From Azolla caroliniana (taxonomy: Eukaryota; Plantae; Polypodiophyta): DNA of 64,000 nt. Below the pieces are notes generated by a model. It was not told where the DNA came from, searched no databases, and was given only the letters and a program-made list of their open reading frames with translations. Both the position numbers and the translations under genes were made by a program. The DNA lies in the NCBI GenBank assembly GCA_043228905.1, contig JBHGNT010000003.1, positions 9,486,001-9,550,000 on the forward strand, read 5' to 3'. Below, one piece after another: positions 30,328 through 43,271 of this stretch. The number at the start of each line of letters is the position of its first letter. Within the stretch, counting starts at the first letter, position 1.

Positions 30328-31909
30328 TATACCTCGTACAAGAGTCATTACTTGTCTCCAATTATTAATGGCTACCAATTCACATGCTTGTTTTATTGTA
30401 TATTCGTAATTCGTATGTATATAAACATGATGTAAAGCTTATGTCTTATGTCATAAAAGGTTTTGGGTCGTTCAAGGTTCATCATCGACGTGTTTGATGT
30501 TGTGTGCTCATTATAAAAACAATTCATAATTCTAGTTTGATATCAATGACACATACTAGCAATTTCATCATAAAACTAGCTTCTTTAACAAAATGGATAT
30601 TTACATCTTGTTTGACACCCCTAGGGTTGAAAATAATAACATTCCCTTCACTGCTTGTAATAATAATAAAGAAGTTCATCACATGCTTGTAGATTTCAAC
30701 TTCTAAAAGCTTGAAAGGTTCCTGCAAATTTGGGTAGAAGTCTATCCTTCTCCGTATTGTAATTCATGGGACCATTAATAGGTTAGCCTCCTAAGTGTCA
30801 CTTATTGCCTCGTCACTAATCACGTAATCTAGGGAATTTCCTTAGTTTTATTGTTGGAGGGGCCAAAGACATATGCAGTTGTACCCTCGAATAGGCAACA
30901 TAACAAAGGAAATAAATAAAATAGTGATACGCAATGTGATATTTTTATTGGTAAATGGTAGAGTTCAAAGTTATGAAACATTAGCCTTTCGTATGCTTTA
31001 AGCATATGTTTGATTATCAAACTCATGATGAGAGAAAAAGACTAAGAGAGAAGGACAATAAAGTCCTTAGTTTAAAGCGCGAGAGATCTAAAGCCTTAAG
31101 TATTCTAAGTTTGCGTGTTATAGATTTCTAAGCATGAACCTATAATTTACACAACACCCCAACTCCATTTTGTATAACTTTTATATTATTCTTAGACTCC
31201 TTCAAATTCAAGAGGTTTTAGGGCTTCAATTTTAATTGCCCATTGATAAAGCTACAACCACTAGAAGAAACACCCATTTTTACATGGTACTTTGAGAAAA
31301 AGTATATATTTCACAAATCAAAAGACATTCAAATAAATGTTGGTGATAATATGAGAAAGGGTGTACACCACATGCATTGTAAGTTTTCTAAATAGATTCA
31401 TGTGATACGACAAGGGAAGGTGTCTGCTTCACAAATCATAGCTTTTCTAAGAAATTGTTGGTGATACTTTCACTTTTCCTAAGATGCCAATCCATTAATT
31501 CATCATCATTATTCCACCGCCTAAAAGAATAGATTCCATTTGACTTGTCTCTTCTTATTATGTTGAGCCAAATGGTAGCATGATCACCAGCTCTTTAAAA
31601 ACAACCATATGTTTCTCTTTATTTCCACAATGCTCTTAGTTTACCCCTAAAAAGAGAAAAAAGGGAACAAATGACCATATAATTGTTATGTAATTGTCAT
31701 TTCCGGGTTTGACAAGGGGTTTTGATGAAATATTAACAAAAAACTTAATAGGCTTAGGGCCATTTGTGGATACATAGAAGAACACACTCAAAGGAGTTTC
31801 TCCGTAGTTGTAGCACTAACAAAGGAAAATTCTACTTATATGAATATATTATATTGGTTTATTTTACAAATACATTGAAATATGGTTGGGTAGAGTTGGG
31901 GTTCTAATC

Positions 31910-34900
31910 TGTTGAGAAACGAACTCAACTTCCCATAGTGAGAGTGTGCACACTAGTCAGTGGACATCGTACTAGGATATTTTTGTAATTAGTAGAAATT
32001 TGGGCACTTGCCCTAGATCAGTTGGTATTTAAACCAACCCTTTGTAACTTAGTTACTATTGGATGTAATATACAGTTTCTTGTTTAGAGCTCTCACTCTC
32101 TCTCTCTCTTTAATCACACGACCACACGACTGATAACACTTTAATCTCTCATGAGGACCGTAATAAAGTAATACACCAAGAAATATGGCAAATTTATATT
32201 CGGTATAAATGGATCACCCCACTAGAGCCACTCCCATCTAAAATGTCGTACTATAAGGAACACTTTATGCACTTCTCTAAGTTAGGTTTTATTACGAGGC
32301 CAAGATATCTAGATGTATTCTTACCACATGCACTAAGGGTTGCCATTGGTCAACTTTGAATATCATCTCACCAACTTAAGATTGAGAATGGACATACTAA
32401 TGGAGTCCCTAGGGAGGAAAGATATGTAGGTTATGCCACATAGAGATAGAGGATGAGTACCATTTTACATGCAAATGCCCCACCTATGTCGAGATAAGGG
32501 CAAAATACCAAGACATACTTGGTTCCTCTCCCACCCTCCCTAAACTATTAGATACACTAGATATAAAGAAATTAGGTAGATACATCTTAGAATTGAAACA
32601 ACACAGAGAGAATAAGTTACAAAACGTTGATAATAATGTTGCTAATGTTTACCAACATGTAACAAATGAAGTTTTTCAGGAACAGGGGGAGACAATGAAT
32701 GTCGACACACCTGCACCACTCGGGCTTTTCCTTGATGAAGCAGAAAATCAAAGAGGAACCAAACGCGCTTGGATGCCGGGTTTCAAAGCAACTCGACGAG
32801 ATGTAGAAGCAATAAAGAAAATAAGGGAACGTGAACTACACTGCCTAGAAGTCATGGCTAGGGCACTCTATACACCGGGACCATGGGTCACACCCACACC
32901 AAAAACTTTTGACCTCCCACTTCTTTTTTGAGAGACTTGGGTGGAAATGAGATTAGGCTTAGTGCAAAGTTTTGTACACTACTAGAACTCTCTTAGCTTA
33001 AGCTATTTTCTTTTATTTTAGTTTTGATGATTGGATGAACACTCATTTTTGTTGTAAACCAATTGTCTCATGTGCCAAATTTGACCTTAGAAGATGTTAA
33101 TATATCTTTCTTCTTTCTTTCTTTCTCTCTCTCTCATTCTCTCTTGTGCACATACACACACACACACACACCGTCCTTCCGCTACACATAATCACTCTCG
33201 ATTCTTTACATGGTATCAGAGCGTGTGGTAGCTTAATCCGAGCCCATCGCCTTTACGTGTGTTGTGCTCAAACTCGTAGAGAACCGGTTGATTGCTATAG
33301 CAACGATTTCTGCACAGCTCCCATCAAGAGTAGAAGAAGTTCGGCAATGAACACCCAGATGGGAAGCGCTCTTCCCACCAAGAAGCTCAATAGAACAAAC
33401 TTCGCATCTTGGGAGTACAAGATGCATCAGTACCTCGTCGAATGCGGTTACTGGAGCTACATCAAGGGAGCTCACAAAATGCAACCCAACCTGACACACG
33501 ATGACTACCTAGCGTGGGAGCATGCCGTGAGCCGTGAGCCGTGAGCCGTGTGTTGTATTGCCTTGCGTCATGCGTCCATGACCACATGCTCAACGATATT
33601 CGAGATTCGAAAACACCAAAAGAAGCTTGGGGAAGTCTCAAGAAGATTTTTGCGGCCAATATGGTTGCACGAAACCTCCAACTTCGACAGGACCTAAACA
33701 ACATGCAACACAGGGACATGTTGATCACTGGGTATACCTTGAATATCAAGGAGCTGCGCGATGCCCTCGGTTCGATTAACGTCATCGTCGACGATGAAGA
33801 AATGGTGCAAATATGTCTCGGGGGCTTGGCACCTTGATTCGACACAATCAGATCGGTTATTCTTGTGAGGGAGAACCCTCCCTCCTTTTTCAACCTTCAA
33901 TCGATTCTGTTGGTCGAAGAAAATCATGTTCGACAAAGGAACAATGCGTCTGATGGTCAGATGCTCTACTCATAATCAGATGATAGAAGAGGATTCGGCC
34001 ATGGAAATAGAGGTCGGTTCGGACGAGGGCGACACAGTCGGCCGACCCAAGAGCGTAACTCCCACCAATGGCAAGAGGACAAGAACCGTCCTAGAAAGTT
34101 TGGTAGAAGGGGGAGCCACCCCACCGGACCAAGCAATCGTAACAACCCGATTGAATGCGGGTATTCTGGAAAACACGACCACTATGAAGAGGAGTGCCGA
34201 AAAAATATACAAGACTCGGCTTCGACTAGCCGACAATTCACAAACTACGCTTCGAATTCCGACTACGGCGATCGTGGCGGGATGTTCGTAATGAGGCATG
34301 AAGCACATTCGATGTCGGCATAGGACTCAACTAGCACCTCTTCTTCAAATAGCATATGGTTTGTCGACTCGGGAGCATCCAATCATATGACGTCCCATGA
34401 AGATTGGTTCCGAGAATTACGAAAGCCCAATCGACTCGGCTATGTCGAAACCGGAGATGATACGACTCACCCAATTCGGCATGTCAGAAATGTTCCATTC
34501 GGAAATGATGGCAAACAAACCTACCTCAAGAACAGCTTGCATGTCCCAACCATCACGAAAAACCTGGTCTCGGTCAGCCAGATTGTCGAACAAGGTATGC
34601 AAGTATGATTCAATAATGAAGGGTGCTTCATCAAAAAGGACGATCAAATCATAGCGCATGGTTGCCAAGAAGGCCGAATGTTCATCCTTGAATCAGAAGA
34701 GGTTAAATCGGTTATGTTCGCGAAAGGCCTCAAAGTTGAAATAGACTTGAAACTGTGGCACAAGAGAATAGGCCACATCAATCTCCAAAAGCTCCAGAAC
34801 ATGCAATTGAAAGGAGTCGAACTCCCGAACTTTACCGAGAAGGAGATTATAGGCGTATGCAGGGCGTGCCAGTTCGGAAAACAACGTCAACATCCATTCT

Positions 34901-37416
34901 CGAAAGAGAGGAATGTGAGTAAAGGGATCCTGGATGTAGTACATTCCGATGTGTGGGGACCAGCCCAAACCACAACATTCGGAGGTTGCCGCTACTATGT
35001 CACGTTCATCGATGACTTCTCTAGGCACACCTGGATCTACCCTATGTGGCAGAAGAGTGAAGTGTTCGGACACTTTCCAAAGTTTAAAAATGAAGTCGAA
35101 AAAGCCTCGGGTCAGCACATACGATGCCTTCGATCAGATGGAGGAAAGGAATATTTCTCGAATGAATTTATGGCGTATCTCCAAAAGGACGGAATTTGAC
35201 GAGAATTCTCGTGTCGACATACACCTCAGCAAAATGGTGTAGCTGAACGGAAGAATCGGCACATAGTAGAGGTTGCATGGGTAATGATGAATGAGAAGAA
35301 CCTGCGGAAATCGTACTGGGCAGAAGCGACGAACAAGGCAGTATATCTCATGAACAAGTGTACAACCTCTGGGGTACACGATGTAACCCCTCATGAGAGG
35401 TTTTTTGGAAAGAAGCCGGATTTATCACATGTCTAGATTTTCGGCTCAATCGCCTACGTGCATATTCCCGACGAGACGCAACAAAAGCTCAACCCGAAGT
35501 CGGAGAAATGTATCCTTGTAGGGTACTCGCTCGAACAGAAGGGGTACAAATGCTACAACCCATCTACTTGAAAAGCTCGAGTAAGTCAAGACATCGTTTT
35601 CGACGAGTCGGCATCCTAGTACGATCTAGAGACAACTCTGATTCCTACTCCAATCGACCCAGAATCAGCCGAACGAGAGATAGAAGACGAATTTCAACTC
35701 GGGCACATGTTTGAATAAAGTCTGATTACGACAAGGCTTAGTGGACCACGGGAGCCCCCAAGTGATCAAAGCACATCTCAGCCGAGTCCGAAACTCGACA
35801 AACGGAAGGCCAAGATGTCCAAATACGAAGATCCAATCGACGAGTCAACTCACTCCCTTGATAGTGAGTTCGAAGGCCTGGACATCCCGATCACCCAGAC
35901 GAATGGAGCGAAGAAAGCACTAGTCTCCGCGAACGAGAAGCTACGTCGGTCCACCCATGAAAAGAACCCCATAAGCTGATTCGGCTACGATGAGTACATG
36001 GCGTATCATTACGCCTTTATGATGAAGGTAGCGATTATCCAAGAGCCGGAAACACTTTCCGAAGATGTGAAGGACCCACGATGGATCAACGTGATGAATG
36101 AAGAAATGTAGGCCTTGTGCAAAAATAGACGTGGGATCTTGTTCCCCATTCACCTCACAAGAAAGCAATTGGTTGCAAATGGATCTATAAGGTCAAATAC
36201 AATGTCGATGGCTCCGTAAATCGCTTCAAAGCAAGACTTGTCGCAAAAGGATACGCACAAACGCACAGAGTCGATTACGAGGAGACCTTTGCCCCGGTGG
36301 CAAAGATGACAATTGTGCGGACCATAATTGCACTTGCAACTGTGAAAGGGTGGTGGCATCTCCACTAGATAGATGTAAAAAACGCCTTCCTACAAGGCAA
36401 AATAGAAGTGGAGGTGTACATGATACAACCACCTAGCTTCAAATCGCGTACTCATCTAAAAGCCGTGTGCCAGCTCAAGAAGTCAATCTACGGCCTCAAG
36501 CAAGCACCGCGTGCTTGGCATTTGAAGATCACTCAGTATCTTCACCAAATCGGCTTTCGAATGTCGAAATCGGACAACTCCCTGTACATCCGAAACGAGC
36601 CGACAACCTGATTGTCGTTATCCTATACGTGGATGATCTAGTAATCAAAGGAAAGGATCTCGTCAAGATTATTAAGGTCAAATCACTCCTATCTGGCAAA
36701 TTCGAAATGAAAGACCTGCACGAGCTCCATTACTTCCTTGGCGTCAAAGTAATTCGTTCCCATCACGGATCTAATTCGCCTCTTCTGCGACAACATGAGC
36801 AACATCTACCTCTCTTGGAACCCGGTATTTCACGCACGGTCTAAACACATCGAAAGTGCACTACCACTTCATTCGCGAGTGCGTTCAGGCCAACGAAATC
36901 AATCTCCAACACATCAGTACAAACCTTCAAATTGCTAACATCTTTACGAAGACCTTAGGAGTCGACAAGCTCGAGCAATTCGCATCGGACCTTGGTCTCA
37001 CGATCTCTACATTGCCAAGCTTAAGGGGGAGTACAGTAGGTGACATGGACGCAACCGAGAAGCAGAAGTAACCAACCAAAGGAGCCAAAGTACAACGAAC
37101 AATGAGCATGAAGCTGAAAAGCCAAACAACCAAGTTCGAAGATTTCGAAAGCTAGAAGTCAATTCATCCAAATCGAAGTATTTCGAAGACTGAACCAAAA
37201 CGACTTTTCAACATACAGAAATTGTGTTTGAAGAGGCGTGTTGAGAATCGAACTCAACTTCCCATAGAGAGAGTGTTCACACTAGTCAATGGACATCGTA
37301 CTAGGATATTTTTGTAATTAGTAGAAACTTGGGCACTTGCCCTAGATCAATTGGTATTTAAACCAACCCTTTGTAACTTAGTTACTATTGGATGTAATAT
37401 ACAGTTTCTTGTTTAG

Positions 37417-37458
<42 letters not shown>

Positions 37459-37516
37459 CGCACACACACACACACACAGTCCTTCCCCTACACAGAATCA
37501 CTTTCGATTCTTTACA
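31910..37516 (+). mobile_element. Degenerate Ty1/copia element 'copia F' (related to copia C)
   Basis: TSD TAATC on both sides. 3' LTR at 37239-37516; 5' LTR at 31910-33210, split by a LINE fragment. PBS TGGTATCAGAGC at 33211. Fragmented Gag-Pol at 33348-37071. Confidence 0.93.
32110..33120 (+). mobile_element. 5'-truncated LINE (RTE/RTEX-like) inserted in the (CT)n tract of the copia F 5' LTR
   Basis: Encodes an EDEYHF.CKCP.Y.EIR...LELKQHRE C-terminal motif like the LINE at 53925. It ends in AAGATGTTAATATATCTTTCTTCTTT and is absent from the 3' LTR. Confidence 0.82.
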
Positions 37517-37994
37517 TAATCACATAAATATTAAGTATTAGAAACATAATTAAAGGGCATAAGTCATAATTCAAGTATACATTTCCTTAATCCACCTAAT
37601 AATCATAGATACATAAAAATGAACCGAAGCCATTTTGGTATTCCTTAAATAACGCATACCCGATTTCAAACGAGTTCAAATCTCTCAATTTTGCCAAATG
37701 CCCACATTCTAATGGAGGAGCATGATTAGCAGGTCAAGCTATATCGAGATCATGTTGACATGTAGTTCCTAGCGGGGGAAGGAAGTAGCGACATGTGGAC
37801 ATCATTCATTGGGCCAGTAAAAGCCCCATTAATTTCCCGATTATCACAAGAGGTATAAGAGAGAGTATTCATAATGCTAGATTTCTCAGGTGATTCAGGC
37901 TCCCATTATGCTTGGAGCCTACGTCCATCCGTTTGTCAGGTGGCTCTAAGTTTTATTAGAACAACACTACTACTTATTACTTACTAGTTACTAC

Positions 37995-38254
37995 TAGGAG
38001 TCGGCAACGACTCGGTTCAAGCCTAAACCGAGCTGTTAAATTGTTTTTAAGCGGTTTGGTTTGATTCGGTTCAAGCTTGAGCTTCGGAAACGGGTTTGAG
38101 CTTGGACTGGCCCTTAAGGCTCAAGCCGAACCGAACTAGATTAGGCCAAACCGGTTAATGCTAAACGGTTTGTCCAAACCGGCTTGGTTCAAGTTTGAAA
38201 ACTTCCAAACCGTTTAAGGCTTAACCGAAACCGAACCGTTGCCGTTTCCTTCAA
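37995..38254. mobile_element. hAT-like MITE
   Basis: Termini TAGGAGTCGGCAACG / CGTTGCCGTTTCCT; many subterminal AACCG/CGGTT motifs; approximate 8-bp TSD GTTACTAC/GTTATTAC. Confidence 0.7.
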
Positions 38255-38550
38255 GTTATTACAAGTAAAATATCCATCAAAACTTGGGGAAGTCTAGTCT
38301 CTGTTAACCCTAATACTAATACTACTCCTACTTAACTAATCATTTGGGTAGTCTCTGCTAACCCTAATTTTGAAGCAGAAGCAGCAGCAGAAGAAGAAGA
38401 AGTAGTAGTAGAAGCAGAAAGACTCAGAGAAAGAAGAAGAAGAAGAAAAAGTAATCTGTAGGAAAATCCAAAATACCAAACAATAGGAAGAAAATAATAA
38501 AAGGAAACCAATATCGCTGCCTGTTCGTTTCTTTTGGCTCCCCTGCATCC

Positions 38551-41500
38551 ATGGTATGTAATTCTGTTTTCTTTTTTTTTTTCTTTTTTTGTCCCCTTTG
38601 TCTCTATTCTCTTCTGGCAGCGTTGTGTATCTCTTCAAAACCTTTTCGGATTTGTTTTTCTGTACGTGTGATTAATACTTGTATTGAAGCAGATATAACA
38701 ATTGTTTCTGAAGTTTTATTGCTAGAAGAGTGTAGAAATTCAGATATTTGGTCCATGGCATCTGTGTGTGTAGGTCTTTCGTTATTGATGCAGGCATGAT
38801 GATTGTTTCCGAAATTTTATTCAAAGAGTGTAAAAATTCAATTGTGGTCCATGGAATTGGCGTGTATTTTGATAGGTCTTTCTGTATACTGGAGCATTTA
38901 TTCGAAGAGCATATTTTGATAGGTCAAACAAATTTAGAGATTTATATATGGTGCTTGGAATCTATGTGTATGTAGGTCTTTCTGTATCGTATATATTTAT
39001 GTGGGCATGTATGTAAATACACTCACACACTCTCTCTTATAGACAAATACATATATCAACAGATACTTACAGAAATATATACATACGGATATGAATACAA
39101 GTACGTAGACACACATATGTCTATTAATAACCCTAGATTTCGACTGACAGAGAGAGAGAGAGAGAGTCAATGATGAAAGGCTATACATTTGTCGTAGGTT
39201 GTGTCAATACTCAAGTATGGAGCATATAAATGTATCCAAGGGATTTGGTGGGTAACTGCATCAAACTTGGAAAACTAGTGATGTTCTATGTGACAGTGGC
39301 GAGATTGTGATTGCAGATGCAGAGGAATGTCATTGCCTGTCTCATCATTGTCTCTTTGAATGGCATAGTGAAACTCTGTGATTGGGTACATACTGTCCTT
39401 TCCTTGTAGAGGTCCCACATGTTCAGTTAATGTGGTTGGGTTCTTTCTCATTTCATTTGTTGGAGGTGCATATAGAAGGCTGTGATTAGGAATTGACAAT
39501 GGTTCGGCTTCAGCTTAGCTTAACCAGTTTGGCCATGTCCAATCCAAACTGGTTATGCTTTAATGGGTTTAGGAATTTTCAAACTTGAACCAAACCGAAC
39601 TGATAGGTTTGGGAAGCTCAAGCCTGAATTGAGCCAAGCCAAATCACCAAACCATTTAAAAATGGTTTGATAGCTAGGTTCCGGCTTGAACCGAGCCGTT
39701 GCCGACTCCTAGATGTGATTCAATGACAGGCTGGAGCATGTTCTCTGTGGGTTGCCCGAGTAGTGTGTTCTATGTAATCAGCCTTGTGTTAAATGCATCT
39801 GAGATACACTTCAATTGGTGATATTTTGTTAAACCGTGCATGCTGCTTTTCTAGCAAATTAGGTGAGATAAAGCAGCATGTTTTCTAGTAAATTAGGTGA
39901 GATTTTTTAATACTGGCTAATAAACATATATGCCTTAGCATTAAGATGTATAAACCAGATTGAGAGAAAAGATCAGATGGCAGTACTTCTGCTGTTAAAG
40001 CTCAACTCCTATATTCTGCAATTGCATTTAATAAATAAGTACAATTAGTCAAATTTGAATTTAAAATTTGAAAGAGCAAGAGAGAACACTTAACTCATAA
40101 TTGTTAGAAATATTGAGAATCAATTGGATACACATATAAGAGTTACAATCACAGAGATGGATATGAAAACAAACTTTCTGTTACTTATGAGAGTAGCTCA
40201 CAATGGTAATTCACCCATGCACTCACACCTTAGAGCTTAGATGGGATCTGGACCAGCTCACTTCAAAAGTAGTGGGGACTGATAATAATCACAACCACTG
40301 TGTAAGAGAGTGGATTATATTCTCTGTTTGGTCTGAGTGTAACATTAAATGTGCAAGTCAGTTGATAGTAGTGGAGATATTCCTTTTCTGTCAACTGACT
40401 TGTCATTTAATATGACCCAGCACCCTAGATACAAGCTAGTGCTAACTTATCTTAAAGTCAGTGGCACATACGTCAAGACTAAGTACATCATAGCTTGCCC
40501 ACAAAATATTCTTCTAGTTGACTTGATTAGCCAATCCTATTAGCCTACTTCGCTCCTTCCTAAGTACATTGTGTCCTACTCTTCTATGGTTTCCTAGATT
40601 GACACCTTATCGACCCATATGATCGAGTTGCACAATAGCTACTCCTCATTTGGGGCACTATCACAAAATGTGCACTCTTAAGAGTACATATGGGGATAAA
40701 TTGACAACTTGGGGTTGATCATTGATTATATCTAACAATAACTTTATGGTGCAGGCAGGCAAAATCATTGCAAACCTAGTGATTTTAGGATCTGGCGTTC
40801 TACTAAGAGCTGTTTCACAAGCTTACCGTCAGGCTTTAGTAAGTAAGTGTGAATGATACTGCCTAACATATAATGAATGAATCTAAATTCATTTCAATTT
40901 TCTTAAACTGTTCAGCAATGTGGAGACTCCTAGCACTTTTTAGTCATGGAAACATATATGTCCAGTAGCAAAAATCAAATCATATTACAATACTTCATTC
41001 TCAATCATGTCTTTATAGAAAACTTCATTCTCAATCCTATATAGTATCTTATTCTCACAGCATGAAAGTCAAAAGAAATTCAAACATAAATAGATTCAAG
41101 CATCCAACATTTCGATAGATTCAAAAAGCCTTCTTGCAAAATGTATAATGCATTTCATTAACGAAATGTATTAACTGCTCTTGCTTCAGATGCCTCAAAA
41201 TCTGGAGGTGCACAAGAGGCTGTACGCAATGTTGTTTCTAGGTCAACTGCAATGACAGAAAATGAAGCAAGGATGGTGTTAGGCATTACGGAGAAGACAT
41301 CGGTAGAAGAAATGTTAAAGGTTGGGTTCCTAGCTTTCTTTTATCCTTATCTACTTAATATTCTACCTTTCTCAATAACAATTATACAGCAAGTATTTTT
41401 CTATGATATAGCACAAACCAAATTCTACAACATTTTATGTCATTAACATTTTCATATGGCATTAGCATTTTTCAGTGAATGATTGTATTGGGAATTCTAT

Positions 41501-41791
41501 GGCATTCACAATTGTGTTCCATAACATTCTAATGTAGTGAGCAAGATATCGTGACATTTTGTCAAACTGTTTCCATGACATCTCATGTAGTTGGCATTTT
41601 CATGATATTTTTATTGATAAAAGGAAATTTATGGTTGCTCTTGTGGAACATGTGTTTATCTTCTACAGAAATATGAAAGGCTTTTTGAAAAGAATGCAGA
41701 ATCAGGCAGTTTTTATTTGCAATCAAAGGTGCAAAGGGCAAAGGAATGTTTGGAATCACAAATGAAATCAGATGGGGCTAATGGTGTTTAA
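38551..41791 (+). CDS. PAM16: Mitochondrial import motor subunit PAM16/Tim16 (J-like protein), 4 coding exons
   Basis: Exons 38551-38553 (ATG only, inferred), 40755-40842, 41190-41320 and 41669-41791 with GT-AG introns. Protein MAGKIIANLVILGSGVLLRAVSQAYRQALVNASKSG...EARMVLG...GSFYLQSKVQRAKECLE. Confidence 0.92.
39487..39711. mobile_element. hAT-like MITE, same family as 37995-38254 but in opposite orientation, in PAM16 intron 1
   Basis: Termini TAGGAATTGACAATGG / CCGTTGCCGACTCCTA; 8-bp TSD GCTGTGAT/GATGTGAT. Confidence 0.75.
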
Positions 41792-43271
41792 AAGGATTTG
41801 AATGTAGCATCATATATTTCCAGCTGAAGAGTGTGGATCATTTTAATGGATCAGTTGTAATTGATTATTGAGCATGTTATATCTCTGGATATATCCGTCC
41901 AGCTGCGATACTATTCTTGTTAAAATCATTATCATCATGAGCGAAAGGTTGAGGAACAAAGATTCTGATCCTTTATGTGTCCCAGTTTTGCCAAGGTTTC
42001 CATACTGCCCCGTCCTTATGTAGAGACATACATATTCAGTTGGTTTGCATTAAGTTTTTCTGGTGTTACACCAAAGCATAAATTGACAGATATCATAGTT
42101 TTTCAGGAGTTACACCAAAGCATAAAAAGATGTCATTGAAGTCACTGAATGATGCCTACTTAAACATTTCAAATTTATTGTCTTGCATCGATGCCATTTG
42201 CATCATGTTCTAGTGCTTATTTTCCAAATTAATGAGAAAACACATAAATCATTGAGATTATATATTAACTGCTTGTCAGTCCAACACATTGTAGTAGAAT
42301 TGTCATCTTCCTATAATGCCCATGGTGCCACGATTTTTCTATTTTTATGTTGAACTGTGAATTGCTTGTGACAAAGTCTTTTGTGAGTTGATTAAACTAA
42401 TAACAAATCTAAATGTCAAGTGCTTTGTGCACAAATGTAGTGTGATGTTTGTATGTAGAACCACTCAATCCAATTTGTCATTTGTTTAAAGGAATACGTA
42501 ACTTATGACATCATTACTGTATATATCTCAAATGATTTAGTGAAGTATAAAATTAAAATAGTTTCTTTTTGCTATTTTGCCTAATCATGATTTGCATAAT
42601 TATTTGATTAGTTATAGTGAATTTTCTTGTGCACTTGAGCACTCCTAAATATACATTAAATCACTCCATTGTGTTGGATGTTTAGTGAAATCACTAAAGA
42701 TCTATAATCTATTAACATTTGCAATTTCTTATTCAAACTACTTCTTGGCAATGAGATGGAAGCAATACTTTTGTTATTGATTCAATCTAAGAAAATGTAC
42801 TTGTATGACAATCCTCGTAATCAATATTTGATTTTATCCTCATAAAAGAAGGCAACATTTTGACATATTTGCATTTATAATCAATCTTCCATCAATTTGT
42901 GGTTTTGCTTTGGAAAAATATACAATCTTTGTCATATACGCCATCAATTTGAGCACCATTTCTCTACAGAAAAATTTGACTCAAGCTTCAGTTCAAGAAC
43001 CATTTCACTGACGTATTTTCTTTTTTACAAATACATTGCCGAACTATTGACCTCATTGAGCAGTATTACCTATCCATCTTTGCAACACAGTGCCTCACAA
43101 ATATATTCAAGCACATTACTTGTTTGCCACTATACACAGATTTTATTATTACAGGAATTTGACTTCTTTATGATGACCATTATCATCGCATTTCGATGTA
43201 GTTCCAATCTCTTTGTGAGTATGTATATGATTTTATTGTTAGATGAGAGTTTGGGTTACTTACCAAAGAAA

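Noticed and set aside
30330-31900. AT-rich stretch with small ORFs
   Set aside because: No homology cues or structure I could support.
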